DNA from: Octopus sinensis
Taxonomy: Eukaryota
Reading direction: 5' to 3'
Assembly (NCBI RefSeq): GCF_006345805.1
Contig: NC_043001.1
Span: 10,664,001-10,728,000, forward strand
DNA: 64,000 nucleotides
The translations under genes and the position numbers were made by a program. A model generated the notes under the pieces. It did not search any database. It was not told the origin of the DNA and saw nothing but the letters and a program-made list of their open reading frames with translations. Shown piece after piece: positions 14,245 through 26,920 of the stretch (positions within the stretch are counted from its first letter, which is position 1; each line of letters begins with the position of its first letter).

Positions 14245-15110
14245 TGTAGTGGCGAACGCCCCCAGGTGAGAAGTGGGCTCGTCCACTACTAATAAATAGT
14301 GGACTGATACAGTCAGTAATGTCAGTCAGCGTGGTACGCAGTTTGGGTCAGTCTCGCAGAGACAACGAAGTTTGTCGTCATAATGTGGGACATTGCAGGG
14401 GCGACGAGGATTCGTAGTTCACACAGCCACTGATATGTTGTAGCGGGACATAGCAGTGGCGGCGAGGATACTTCCCACTGTGTCGTTATAACAGTGGTGA
14501 CGAGGTTATGAACGCTTGTAATAGTGTCGAAATGGAAGCCCTACGTTGAAGAACAATGAAAGAAGTTTGCAGGATTGGAAACCTAGCACAGAACTGAACT
14601 TCACACAATGGAAACAAACAAAAAATTCTGAAGAAAATAAAACGCTAGCACAGAACTGAACTTCACACGGTGAAAAGTTATATATAAAAATATCACGAAG
14701 AAAAAAATGTCTGATAAAACTGTAGTTCAACACAAAACTCAACTACACACGGTGAAAAATAATTCTGTGTGGAACAAAAAATAATAAGAATAATAATAAG
14801 TCCGTTCGAACGATTTATACATCAGGTTGCTATATGTAGCAGCGCTACCAGTAATAATGTAGACTTGGTACTACCTGCGGCATTTTGAAAAAAAATTATG
14901 GTTCTGTGGAACAAAAAAACTAACAATAAGTTCGTTCGAAGAAATTATAAGTCAGGTTGATATATGTAGTATCGCTACCAGTAATAATGTAGACTTGGTA
15001 CTACCTGCGGCATTTTGAAAAATGGTTCTGTATGGACCAAAGAAAAAAAAAAAGTCCGTGCGAAGGATTTAGTAATTCTATGTAGAACAAAAAATAATGA
15101 ACCGTTAAAT
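14245..15110 (+). mobile_element. Ty3/Gypsy 5' LTR, PBS and tandemly repeated 5' leader (remnant)
   Basis: tgtagt...ttataaca (14245-14493) followed by gtggtgacgagg, as in the 33.6 kb element; downstream ~125-135-bp and ~60-bp tandem units. Confidence 0.6.
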
Positions 15111-15954
15111 GTGTTTATGGGGAGAGAAAATAGGGGGGAAAATCAATACAAGTCAGAGTGACAAAGAAATGAGGAAGTGGTCGTGAGATGTGCTAAAAAT
15201 AACAGGCAACTAGCCCTTAAATCACACACAAATTTTTTATTTATAATCGTATGAATTTCCATGTGTGGAACACAAATTCGCAAAAATTTTCTCAAAATTA
15301 AAATAAAATGTTATGAGGAGTTATATGGGATGCTTCAACCAGAATCCCACCGAATAACCCTCTGAAACTGGTCGGCTATCCTAATCGACAGCGTAGCCCT
15401 CGATCGGGTTAGCCGACCAGTTTGAATTTCAAAATCCTATAGCATCCCAAATGGTGTCCTTTTTTCAGCAGAGCTACACATCCTGGCTCATAGAACGAGA
15501 ATTTTCCCGTTCTGTGCCCAGGAAATTGACAGACGTCTACCGAATCTAGCAGCAGAACAAGGGATTCTGTTTCTATCTGCAAATCTAATGAGCACCCGAT
15601 TTGGCTGACCCGCTGTAATTACTACCTGTTTAATGAGTATATTCTCTAGGTACCCATTAAACAGTTGCAGACGTTCGAATCCGTTTTCAATGTATTTCAC
15701 CCTGCTTTACAACGACTTAACCTCACACAATCCCAGCATCTGTCAATAATATAATTCCAATCCCGTTTAAACACTAAAGAACGGAATGCTCTTAGAGGTT
15801 TAGAGAGATTCATCAGTTCTTCCCTCTGTCGGGACACTAGCCTAAAGCCATTACCTTTATTGTTGTTCACATTCAGCATTATCGATCTATTGTGGTGGTG
15901 GATTGATAGAATGGTCATAATGTTCGCCAAAATGCGTTCGGACTTTTATTTAGG

Positions 15955-16170
15955 GCGGTGAGTCAGTAAAATCATTAGTACACAAGGAAAATTGCTTAGC
16001 AGCATTTCGTCCGTCTTTAGGTTCTGAGTTCAAATTCTGCCGAGGTCGACTTTACCTTTAACCCTTTCGAGATCGATAAAATAAGTACTAGGTGAGCAGT
16101 GGGATCGATCTGATCGACTTAATCCCTCACTGAAAATTGCTGGCCTTGTGCCAAAATTTGAAACCAATAT
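15955..16170 (+). mobile_element. SINE family A, diverged, alternative tail
   Basis: Body match; tail 'ggccttgtgccaaaatttgaaac'. Confidence 0.75.
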
Positions 16171-16284
16171 TATCGATCTATCGTCAGCATCAAGGAAAAT
16201 CGTTTCTAGCCGGAACAGCATTACCACTCCGCCACCTGATTCTGACAGACCACAAGATTTTTTTTTTTTTCGAAATACATATAT

Positions 16285-16515
16285 ATTTCTTTACTACCCA
16301 CAAGGAGCTAAACACAGAGGAGACAAACAAGTACAGACAAAGAGATTAAGTCGATTACAACGACCCCAGTGCGTAACTCGTACTTAATTTATCGACCCCG
16401 GAAGGATGAAAGGCAAAGTCGACCTCGGCGGAATTTGAACTCGGAACGTAACGGCAGACGAAATACGGCAACGAATTTCGCCCGGTGTGCTAACGTTTCT
16501 GCCAGCTCGCCGCCT
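16285..16515 (-). mobile_element. SINE family A
   Basis: Full body and head. Confidence 0.9.
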
Positions 16516-16960
16516 TAAAACCACAAGATGAGCACGTCCCATAGTCATCAAAAATAAGTCTCAGCACGTGAATTCCAGAAACCCTGGTCTTGCTAATGAT
16601 TGCTACATTTATGTCGGGTGACCCTGACATTGTTGAGAAAATGACCTTGTTTCCAAGCGGATCTCCAAAAACGTGCATTTACGTGATCTACTCTGCGTGA
16701 AGCCTTGTCTGTTGGGGAAAAGAATACGGGGACAAGGGATTCACTCTCGTCTTAGAAAAAACCACGCTAATCTTTAGAAAAATATTCCTTGAAAGACCCT
16801 TCTAATAGATTTCTTTTTTCCCTGAAATTCTAGCATTTCTCAGGAAATTTTAAGTGTCTCGTAAGCATCTGCCGACGTTTTTAGAAATCATCAATCTTTA
16901 GCTATTCAGGATTTGAATTTCTTAAATCGCAACCCGCTTTTAGTGTTTTGTTATATTGTC

Positions 16961-17365
16961 CAGTGGCGGACTGGGTCTAAAAATATTGGTTGCCAGGAGA
17001 CTAAGGGGGTCCACGCGCAACTACAATGCTATCATTTGATTTTTTTTTTTGGTGAAAAGTATTCTGAATTAATATGGCAATATCAAGCGTACAATGTAGG
17101 TCACTAATTCGGACAACTTCGGACATGTTTCAGTACTATCATGACCTCATCAGCGAAACAGACTTCCACATACTTGCCGAAGTAGTGATCGGCGATTGAC
17201 TAATGTAAAGTCCAATTAATGCATTCTTCCAGGAGTGAATAAAAAATTCTCAAACTTGAGGGGATGGGCCCTTAAATACTAACATGGGCCCCCATATATG
17301 GATTGTAATGGCACAGGAGCACACTTGCAATCGTGCAAGCTTGCAACCTGGTCAGTCTACCACTG
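16961..17365. mobile_element. hAT-like MITE
   Basis: TIRs cagtggcggactg / cagtctaccactg (11/13); decayed 8-bp flanks atattgtc / atgctgtt. Confidence 0.55.
17118..17157 (-). ncRNA. Minimal type I hammerhead ribozyme
   Basis: ttcg CTGATGA ggt-catgatagt-act GAA AC at GT C cgaa; GUC cleavage triplet. Confidence 0.75.
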
Positions 17366-17569
17366 ATGCTGTTCATCAACTCACTATTGTTTGAATTTAT
17401 GTCTGTGAATCCAATGAGGTTTTCATTTTACGGACTTGATTATATTCGTTGTTGCTGTTGTCGTAGTTGTTTCCTTGTTGTTTTTAGCATCGTTAAAGGT
17501 TTATCTGTTGTTGTTGTCACTTAAGATTTTGTTGTTAGTGTTTGTTGTTTGTGTTGTTGAGTTGTTGTT

Positions 17570-17874
17570 GTTGTTTGTTCTTTCTCGATCCACGCCTGAC
17601 TCATAAGGGCCGGTATCCCGGTTTCCTTGGCGTATAGCTTCCCCACCTGGACGGGACGCCGGTCCATCTCATGTGAGCTGCAAGATGCAGGAGGAAAGAG
17701 CGAGAGAAAATTGTGGCGAAAGAGTCAGCAGAAGTTCGCCATTACCTTCTGCCGGAGCCGCGTGGACCTTAGGTGTTTCGCTCATAAACACACACATCGC
17801 CCGGTTTGAGGTTCGAACCCGCGATCCCACGACCACGAGTCCGCTGCTCTAACCACTTGGCCATGTGCCTCCAC
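17570..17874 (-). mobile_element. SINE family C
   Basis: Homologous to 62541-62847; (AAC)n tail. Confidence 0.9.
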
Positions 17875-18369
17875 GTGTTGTTAAGTAAGCTTTCTATTTC
17901 TTTTTGTGGTGAGGCTATATTTCTTTTTTCTCTGTCTACATTGGTTACAATTTGCCCCTCTCTTTGTTCTCGTTTTTCTCTCCGTCATTTCACAAAAAAA
18001 CTTAAGGATGTGAGTGAAGACTGACTGATGTGTGTGTGTGTGTTGTGTGTGTGTGTGTGTGTGTGTGCTGTTCTTGCTGCTTTTATTGGTGTTGTTGTTA
18101 TGACTGTGGCATAGTTAGCAAGTGGGGTCTTGCCAGAGAGCCTCGCCCTGTGCGATAATTCTCACCAGGACTTTATTCTCTCGAGAAAAATGTTTGGAAA
18201 TCCTTTCTCTCTATTCTGAGAAGTGCAACATGTGACTCTAGCTTTAATTCAGACCATTTATTTAAGAAGATAAAGTGCCCAGAGGAACACTTGTCCTCAG
18301 GCAATATACAGATTGGCCTGTCACTGGAAGTTGATAAAAGGGCAAAGACTTAGCACTTGGGTCTGTCCT

Positions 18370-18620
18370 GAGCCCTATGACTCATAAGACTGGAGCTTAA
18401 CTTTGTTTCCCAGCTGTATAAGCGACTGAGATTGCATCCACATACCCCTGGAAAGGACGCCAGTCCGTTGCAGGATTAACTTCAAAGTTATTGCTGGAAT
18501 GTATTTGCTGCTGAGTTTACTGGAGTAACGTGAATGAAATATTTTGTTCAAGAAAACTCCGCAATACCTGATCAGGGGACCGAAACCACGATCTGACGAT
18601 AGTCAGTGCAACACTTAAGC
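18370..18620 (-). mobile_element. Old tRNA-derived SINE (CORE/V-like), diverged
   Basis: Minus strand has a B-box-like ggtttcggtccc, cttgaacaaaa and gcaacggactggcgtcctttccagggg. Confidence 0.55.
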
Positions 18621-18659
18621 AATATCAAGCGTACAATGTAGGTCACTAATTTGGACAAC

Positions 18660-18699
18660 TTCGGACATGTTTCAGTATTATTATGACCTCATCAGCGAA
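18660..18699 (-). ncRNA. Minimal type I hammerhead ribozyme (second copy of 17118-17157)
   Basis: ttcg CTGATGA ggt..act GAA AC at GT C cgaa; differences from copy 1 fall in loop II. Confidence 0.75.
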
Positions 18700-19491
18700 A
18701 TAGACTTTCCCATACTTGCCAAAGTAGTGATGTGAGATTTAACGTCCAATTTAACGTCCAATGTTGTGCATTGGCTGGCGTCGACAACCAGAATGGTTTT
18801 AGAATATAAAACTCAGTTATGCCAGATTATTTTAGTCATTACTTCACTCGTGTAATAATTGATTCATTTCACAAAAGTTTTGTGTTATTTATAATCCCCA
18901 TCTGCCCGAAGATAAGTTGGTATTACATAAATTAGAGGCAGTTATTTTCACTCTTTCACATTCAGACATATTGCAGACATCAAACATCCGGCAAAATGTA
19001 AAATGGCCTTTTCACTGTTTCCATCATTTACTACTTCAGCTGACGATTTATTATTATCATCTTGTTTTCAACAGTTTTATGTGAGTTTCTTCTACACCAC
19101 CAAGTGCATCTCCTGTTCCTGAAGCCAATGTTGCTTTGTCTTTTGGGAAAGTAGAATTGTGTTTGTATACTACATCAGTTTTTTGTTTTGGCATTGTTCT
19201 GTGAATTGGTTTTCATTTCTTGTGTTGTTTCACTAAGTTTCCAGTTTGTACTTTATCGCTTCTTCATACACAGGGAATAATTTTTTCTTGTTTTTCTTTC
19301 CTATTTCCATATTACACTAACCAGTTTACCTTTGTTTGCTGTTCAACATTTCTTAGTCCCACTGTTGTTTTTTTTGTAGCATTTCTTATTTATACAAGAG
19401 CCTGTCCCCCAAGTGTAATTCCGAAGGTCTTGGGTGTGTTATGTGTTTTGTTTTGATTGGTAATTTCTGCCGTATTGATGGTAATCTACGT

Positions 19492-19875
19492 GGAAGCACT
19501 CCGTCGGTTACGACGATGAGGGTTCCGGTTGATCCGAATCAACGGAACAGCCTGCTCGTGAAATTAACGTGTAAGTGGCTGAGCACTCCACAGACACGTG
19601 TACCCTTAACGTAGTTGTCGGGGATATTCAGCGTGACACAGAGAGTGACAAGGCTGGCCCTTTGAAATACAGGTACAACAGAGACAGAAAGTAGGAGTGA
19701 GAGAAAGTTGTGGTGAAAGAGTACAGCAGGGATCACCACCATCCCCTGCCGGAGCCTCGTGGAGCTTTAGGTGTTTTCGCTCAATAAACACTCACAACGC
19801 CCGGTCTGGGAATCGAAACCGCGATCCTATGACCGCGAGTCCGCTGCCCTAACCACTGGGCCATTGTGCCTCCAC
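19492..19875 (-). mobile_element. SINE family D (same tRNA-Arg-like head as C, different 3' half)
   Basis: 12-bp TSD ggtaatctacgt at 19480-19491 / 19876-19887; other fragments at 22095-22270, 33295-33488, 47480-47635. Confidence 0.9.
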
Positions 19876-19887
19876 GGTAATCTACGT

Positions 19888-20549
19888 AGTAACATGTCAA
19901 CTATATCAACCCTGATATTTTCTGTATGTTGTCCATATTTATTAGTCCTTGGGTTTTGATTAGGTGCTTGTCTTTATGTCCTACAATCATTTTAAAAACA
20001 TCTGATATTTTCAGTATTGTTTCCGTTTGCAATCTCTACATTCTGGTTATCTCTATTTCCAGATCTTAAAATTTGAATCATTTCTTTCTATTTTTTAAAC
20101 ACATATTATCGTCTGTTGGCCCTGGCCCTCCACGAGACCAACAAAGAAGCCAGTTTCTTTTATATATTGCTCATAATTTTACTGCTATTTGCGTCTTGGG
20201 ATTATTCTCTTTACCCTTTTACTCTTTTACTCTTTTCAGTCATTTGACTGCGGCCATGCTGGAGCACTGCCTTTAGTCGAGCAAATCGACTCCAGGACTT
20301 ATTCTTTGTAAGCCTAGTACTTATTCTATCGGTCTCTTTTGCTGAACCGCTAAGTAACGGGGACGTAAACACACCAACATCAAATGATGTTGGGGGACAA
20401 ACACAAACATATACACACATACATACAAACATACATACATACATACATACATACATACATACATACATACGTACGTATGTATGTATGTATGTATTATGTA
20501 TGTATGTATGTATGTATGTATGTGTGTATATGTTTGTGTTTGTCCCCCC

Positions 20550-20626
<77 letters not shown>

Positions 20627-20627
20627 A

Positions 20628-20669
<42 letters not shown>

Positions 20670-21390
20670 ACATATATACGACGAGCTTCTTTCAGTTTCT
20701 GTCTACCAAATCCACTCACAAGGCTTTGGTCGGCCCGAGGCTATAGTAGAAGACACGTGCCCAATGTGCCACGCAGTGGGACTGAACCCGGAACCATGTG
20801 GTTGGTAAGAAAGCTACTTACCACACAGCCACTCCTACGCCTATGTACAGAATATTATTGTAGTTTTAGAGCAAATAATTCATAATATGTTTCTAGTTGC
20901 ATAATGCCGCTGCCTCTTTGTACTCGTGGTAAATATAATCTCTCTTTGCCAGTTATTGCGTAGTTCATACTAAATACAGTCATTAGTGTCTTTGTTTTTG
21001 AGTCCAGGCTTGTTAGTTTACTTAATGTCCTATTGAGTAGACATTATACTCAACATATAACATATCACTAAGGCAACTAAACTATTGAAGCGTCTTACTT
21101 TTTATTTTTACATCTCGCTTTGTTTTAAGTATTAATCTAATACGTTCCTAATATTATTTCCCAACGTTTGCTTTCATTTGTATTTGCCGTATTCTATTTA
21201 CTTCATTGGTTCCTGACTATTTGTAAGCCTGCATTTCTCTTATCTCTTATTTCTCTTAATTCTCTAACTCTGTTTCTTATCTACCGTGATATTAGTGTTC
21301 CTAATTAATTTTCCTCTCTTCAGAGTTGTCTCAGATTGTTTTTCTAATCCGAATCTCTGCTAAATCATTGTAGTTTTTGCAGCAGTGTTT
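19888..21390 (-). mobile_element. R4/Dong-like LINE fragments, decayed, interrupted by a SINE B
   Basis: Minus-strand DLEIEITRM and IQKI..LLRR (19890-20100) and YLPRVQRGSG (~20920) resemble the R4-like copies at 58-61 kb. Confidence 0.55.
20208..20841 (-). mobile_element. SINE family B with expanded internal (TACA)n/(TA)n
   Basis: Complete head and tail. Confidence 0.9.
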
Positions 21391-21863
21391 ATACGTTTTT
21401 ATCATCTGGAGGTTACAATTTGCTGTCGTCTGCTTACAAAACACGGTCGGTTCTCTGAACATAACTGTATCTAAGACAAGTTCTATACAGCATGTTAGTT
21501 AAAATAGTTAACAGCGAGAAGAATGAGAATAGAGAACAGCAGGAAGAGAAGGCAATAGAGACTAAGTGAGCATTCTTGGAATATTTCTATTCTAATAAAG
21601 ATGGCGTTAGCTTTTAATACTTCCCTATTTCCCCTGTTTCAGCATAAATTCTTTTGCTTGTTTCAGTCATTAGACCGTGGCCATGCTGGGGCACCACCTT
21701 GGATAATTTAATCGAATGAATCGACCCCAATACTTCCTTTTTTTTTAAAAAAAAGCCGGGTACTTATTCTATCAGTCACTTTGCCGGACCGCTAAGTTAC
21801 AGGGAATAAATACACAAACACTAGAACCAAAGACACACACACTCACACAAATAGATAGATAGT

Positions 21864-21915
<52 letters not shown>

Positions 21916-22334
21916 CATACTTACATACATTCATACATGCATACATACATACATACATACATACATACATACATACATACACACATATATATATATGTAT
22001 GTATGGTTGTTACTACCTCAACGTGGTTGTTCCATACAGAACTCTGTTACTACTGTTTTTAACCCCAAGACACTTCATGTCACGTTCTTCCAGTCCACTC
22101 AACTGGCAAAGGGCCAGCCTTATATTCTGTGTCACACTGAATCTTCCCGAGAACCACGTTAAGTACACACATGTCTGTAGAGTACTCAGCCACTTGCATA
22201 TTAATTTCATGAGCAGGCTGTTCTGTTCCTTGGATCAGCTGGAACCTTCGTGGTCGTCACTAATGGAACGCCGGTTATAGGCCGATAGTTTTAGGATTTG
22301 CTGTTCGTTTAGTCCCAATGGATAAGGATGACTT

Positions 22335-22562
22335 TAACCTATTTCTTTACTACCCACAAGGGGCTAAATACAGAGGGGACAAACAAGGACAGACATAGGT
22401 ATTAAGTCGATTACATCGACCCCAGAGCGTAACTGGTACTTAATTTATCAACTCCGAAAGGATGAAAGGCAAGGTCGACCTCGGCGGAATTTGAACTCAC
22501 AACGTAACGCAGACGAAATACCGTTAAGCATTTCGCCCGGCATGCTAACGATTCTGCCAGCT
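22335..22562 (-). mobile_element. SINE family A
   Basis: Body match. Confidence 0.88.
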
Positions 22563-23016
22563 AAGCGATCCAGTATATACCATATCTGTATATATATCAT
22601 ATATAGTATAAATGCAGAATACATACATACAGATGCACACACATACATATATATACATATGTATACACATACATGTATACATACATACATGCATACATAC
22701 ACACATACATACGTAAATGCATGCATGCATAGGCACACGTACACACACACACACTGCCCCCACACACACACTGCCCCCCCCACACACACACACTGCCCCC
22801 CACACACACTGGACCCCACACATGCGCACAAACAAACAAAAAGGAACGCAGTGTAAATAACGGACAGAGTCAAGACTATTGAAAAGGTTGCAAGACGCAG
22901 CAAAACTTTTAGGAAAATAAAATAAAAAAGTGGAAATTTTACCGGTGAGTGTGTTACATTATAAGGCACAAAGAGAAAAAGACTCTCCCCAGACACAACA
23001 GAATACATAGTATATG

Positions 23017-23049
<33 letters not shown>

Positions 23050-23050
<1 letters not shown>

Positions 23051-23280
23051 TAAATTGAATTGTTTTTCGATTAAATTTAATTTAATTGTAATTTGAATTG
23101 AAGTTATAGCCACGAAACGTACGTAGTCTTTTTACTTATTATATATTGTTTATTCATTTTTGTACTTTTTATGATCTAGTTATGCTTTAAAATATATTTT
23201 ATTTTTTCATTATGATTTGGTTTACGTCTATCATTGTTTAAATTACATAATAGTGGTTTTTTCTCTAATCTATATGCATA
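23050..23280 (+). mobile_element. 5'-truncated copy of the long-stem-II hammerhead repeat (3' half only)
   Basis: tatagccac GAA AC gtac GT A gtct at 23105-23129; downstream similarity to 44750-44910. Confidence 0.7.
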
Positions 23281-23369
23281 TATATATATATCATATATTA
23301 AATGTTTTAAAATATCGCGCGCACACACACATACACACAGTCAAATTGATGTTGGAAACCGTTTATGTA

Positions 23370-24300
23370 TAAAAACGTGAATAGAGGGATTAGTATAGGG
23401 TATGTAATCCATATGTGGGAATATAGATTAAAAGATAACTACCTTATAGATGAACTGCTGGAGTTTGGTTTAGATAACGTAAAAACAGACAGGGTTGAAA
23501 GTAAAAATGTATATTTTTCTGGATAAGCACTGCATACGCAGCGGGCATTTGAAGGGAAATAATTAATTTATTCTAATCATGTAACTAATTGAAAAAATTA
23601 TTTGAAAAATGTTGTTGAGTATTGCAGGAGAGAAATTAGGTAAAATATGTAAGGTGATGTAATAAATGAAGCCTCTTAAAAAGCATTGTTTTATCTTACA
23701 TAAGTCGTACATTGATTCTAAATATTTCGGAAAAGAGTCCTCTTTTCAAATAGAAGAAAGAAAATAATCAATGAAATGTAGAGAGAAAAAGAAATGAAAG
23801 TGTTCCAGAGTTTATCATTTAAACTCTATCTCCTCCCAAATATTTAAAATAATACTTAAATGTTTTTGGCAGCTGTTTATTCGAACCGGCAAAGTTTTGC
23901 TTTGAAATGATGAATCTAACTTGTAATGTGTGGTGGGATTATTCTATTACGTAGCCAGGCCCCCACCTCCGACAAACAGTTAAAAGTTGTCTGATGTTAG
24001 AAATTGATGACGAATGTCTTCGATCTTTCAAGCTTTGATTCAAATTGGGGACCTAATATGTTTCCTTTCATTAATTTAGTATTTTAAAAATATTATTCAC
24101 GTGAAATGTCATTTCCTTCTCTTACTGTTTCCAAAGTTGTTGAATGGTTAATTTTTTTCTTCTTCTTTGGGGGTGAGAAGTAATTATTTATTGATCAATG
24201 TAGAGCAATGCATCGTATTGAACAATAATTACTTCTTCACCAAGAAAAAAGAAGTGAATTCTTCTATTAGAAATTTAAACAGCAGGAAAAGGCAAATGAC
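23370..24300 (-). pseudogene. Possible highly decayed Penelope-like RT
   Basis: Collinear weak motifs on minus strand: LGPQF ... KIY ... TLSK ... TLYTNP; many frameshifts. Confidence 0.35.
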
Positions 24301-24338
24301 ATTTCACACAAATAATAATAATGATAATAATAATAATA

Positions 24339-24373
<35 letters not shown>

Positions 24374-24398
24374 TAATAATAATATAATAATAATAATA

Positions 24399-24436
<38 letters not shown>

Positions 24437-24508
24437 AATGATGATGATGATGATGATGATGATGATGTCGATGATGATGTCGATGATGATGTTGATGATG
24501 ATGATAAA

Positions 24509-24550
<42 letters not shown>

Positions 24551-25099
24551 TAATAACAATAATAATAATAATAATAATAATACATTGCCACCGTTATATT
24601 GTTAATTTAAATTAATTAATTCCTGTTGATTTTCTACTAAGTAAGCGACACTTCCAAAAAAAATGTCTATTTTTCTTTTTCTTTTAGCACTGTGAATGTG
24701 TTTCTAACTTGTTTAAAATAAATTGAATTTCTCGAAATCTTTAAATTGGTCCTGTATTAGAAACCCAGGAACTCACTTGAACAATAATTCTCTTTTATCA
24801 CTCAACATTGCCTCCACCCTTCTCCATCCCATCATTATTTTATTTCATCGCTTTACAAATAATTCTTCAATAATCCCAATTCAACGATATGTATTTGTTT
24901 TCAAATCATATTTTACGTCTACGAATTTCTCAATATTATGGTTTTCCCTTATTCTTTTCTTTTATTTATTTGTTTCAGTCATCAGACTGCGGCCACGCTG
25001 GGGCACTGTCTCGAAGGCTTTAGCCAAACAAATCGACTCCAGTACGGTCGTTTTTTTTTCTTTAAGCTCGGTGCTTAATCTATAGGTATCTTTTTTCTT

Positions 25100-25331
25100 T
25101 ATTTCTTTACTACCCACAAGGGGATAAACACAGAGAAGACAAACAAGAACATACAAACGGATTAAGCTGATTATATCCACCCCAGTGCGTAACTGGTACT
25201 TAGTTAATCGACCCCGAAAGGATTAAAGGCGAAGTCGATCTCGGCGGAATTTGAACTCAGAACGTAGCGGCAGACGAAATACCGCTAAGCATTTCGCCCG
25301 ATGTGCTATCGTTTCTGCCAGCTCGCCGCCT
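25100..25331 (-). mobile_element. SINE family A inserted into a SINE B
   Basis: 22-bp duplication gcttaatctataggtatctttt at 25073-25094 / 25403-25424. Confidence 0.88.
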
Positions 25332-25528
25332 TATTAAATATGTAATGGGCGTGATGCTATATTTCGCGGGGTCTTGTCCCTTCATCAGCATCCAGCTAAC
25401 CCGCTTAATCTATAGGTATCTTTTCCTGAACGGACCGCTTAGTTACGGGGAGCGTGAACACACATCACCGGTTGTCAAGCGGTGGTCACACAGACACACA
25501 CAGACACAGACACACACACAGACACACA

Positions 25529-25583
<55 letters not shown>

Positions 25584-26189
25584 CACACGAGCGTTCATTA
25601 ACGATGTACATCGAAGAAAATCAACAATAAAAGACAGTTTATTATAGGTTACAAACACCTTGGAGGGGAAAAAGAGAGCGGGAAGCTGACTGTGGGAATC
25701 GACCCGCATCTTCTCGTAAATGTTTAAAATTTGATGGGAGAAAGTCGGTGTTGTTTTAGTGTGATTAGTAGCACTTCTCTCGTGGTTAGGGAAGATGCTT
25801 GTTTCGAATCCCACAGGTGTCTTTCCAGATTTTTTTAAACAAGGATTTTTAACCCAATGTATTATATGAAGTTATTCATAGCTGAATTATCTATTTCTCG
25901 ATGCTTCTATATATATATAGATATATGTTATAATTCTCTAAGAAGAGCAGTATTGTCAGTGACAGCTGCGCTTCATCCAGCTAAGCCACCATTCCGATGA
26001 TGGTTTATCTGGAAGAAACTTCGAAGTCCCAGTCTGTACTGTTTTTGTTGAAGAATAATTAATTAAAAAATTATACTCTACCAAATGTATTGAGTGATTT
26101 TCAGTTTACTTTTAAAATTGTTTTTCTTATAGCACAGAAACAAATATCAATATTGTACGTGGTATACATACATAAGTCCACACGTATGC

Positions 26190-26304
26190 GGTTCCAGGTT
26201 CAGTCCCACTGCGTGGCACCTTGGGCAAGTTTGTTCTATTATAGTCACGGGCCGACCAAAGCCTTTTGAGTGGATTTGGTAGACCGAAAGTGAAAGAAGC
26301 TCGT

Positions 26305-26357
<53 letters not shown>

Positions 26358-26421
26358 CATACATATAATATATATATGTATGTGTATATATAATATGTAT
26401 ATGTAATATATATATATAATA

Positions 26422-26453
<32 letters not shown>

Positions 26454-26620
26454 ATGTTTGTTTCCCAATATCGTTTGACAACCTAAGCTGGTGCCCTTCT
26501 GCAAAAGAGGCTGATCAAATAAGTACTAGGCTTACAAAGAATAAGTCCTGGGGTCGATTTGCTCGACTAAAGGCGGTGCTCCAGCATGGCCGCAGTGAAA
26601 TGACTGAAAACAAGTAAAAG
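26190..26620 (+). mobile_element. SINE family B
   Basis: Body and tail match. Confidence 0.85.
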
Positions 26621-26649
26621 AATCTATACATCGGAAAGAAAGCTTATTT

Positions 26650-26920
26650 CCCCTTGGGTTGATGTAAATTTAGTACCAGTTTCGCACTGGGGTCGATATA
26701 ATCGACTTAATCCGTTTGTCTGTCCTTGTTTGTTCCCTCTATGTTTAGCCCCTTGTGGGTAATAAAGAAATAGGTATTCTCTCTGCCGCTACGTTCTGAG
26801 TTCAAATTCCGCCGAGGTCGACTTTACCTTTCATCCTTTCGGTTGAAAAACTGAAGTCGATATAATCAAGTAGTCACCACCTCACAAATGTGCGGCCTTG
26901 TGCCTCCAGTAGAAAGGATT
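26650..26920 (+). mobile_element. SINE family A, partial dimer
   Basis: Junction gaaataggtatt at 26767-26778. Confidence 0.85.

Noticed and set aside
14760-15100. CRISPR-like repeat-spacer array
   Set aside because: Whole ~125-135-bp units are duplicated with no unique spacers; eukaryotic LTR leader context; no cas genes
15488-15930. Two short minus-strand ORFs in unique sequence
   Set aside because: No motifs and no consistent splice structure; length is compatible with chance
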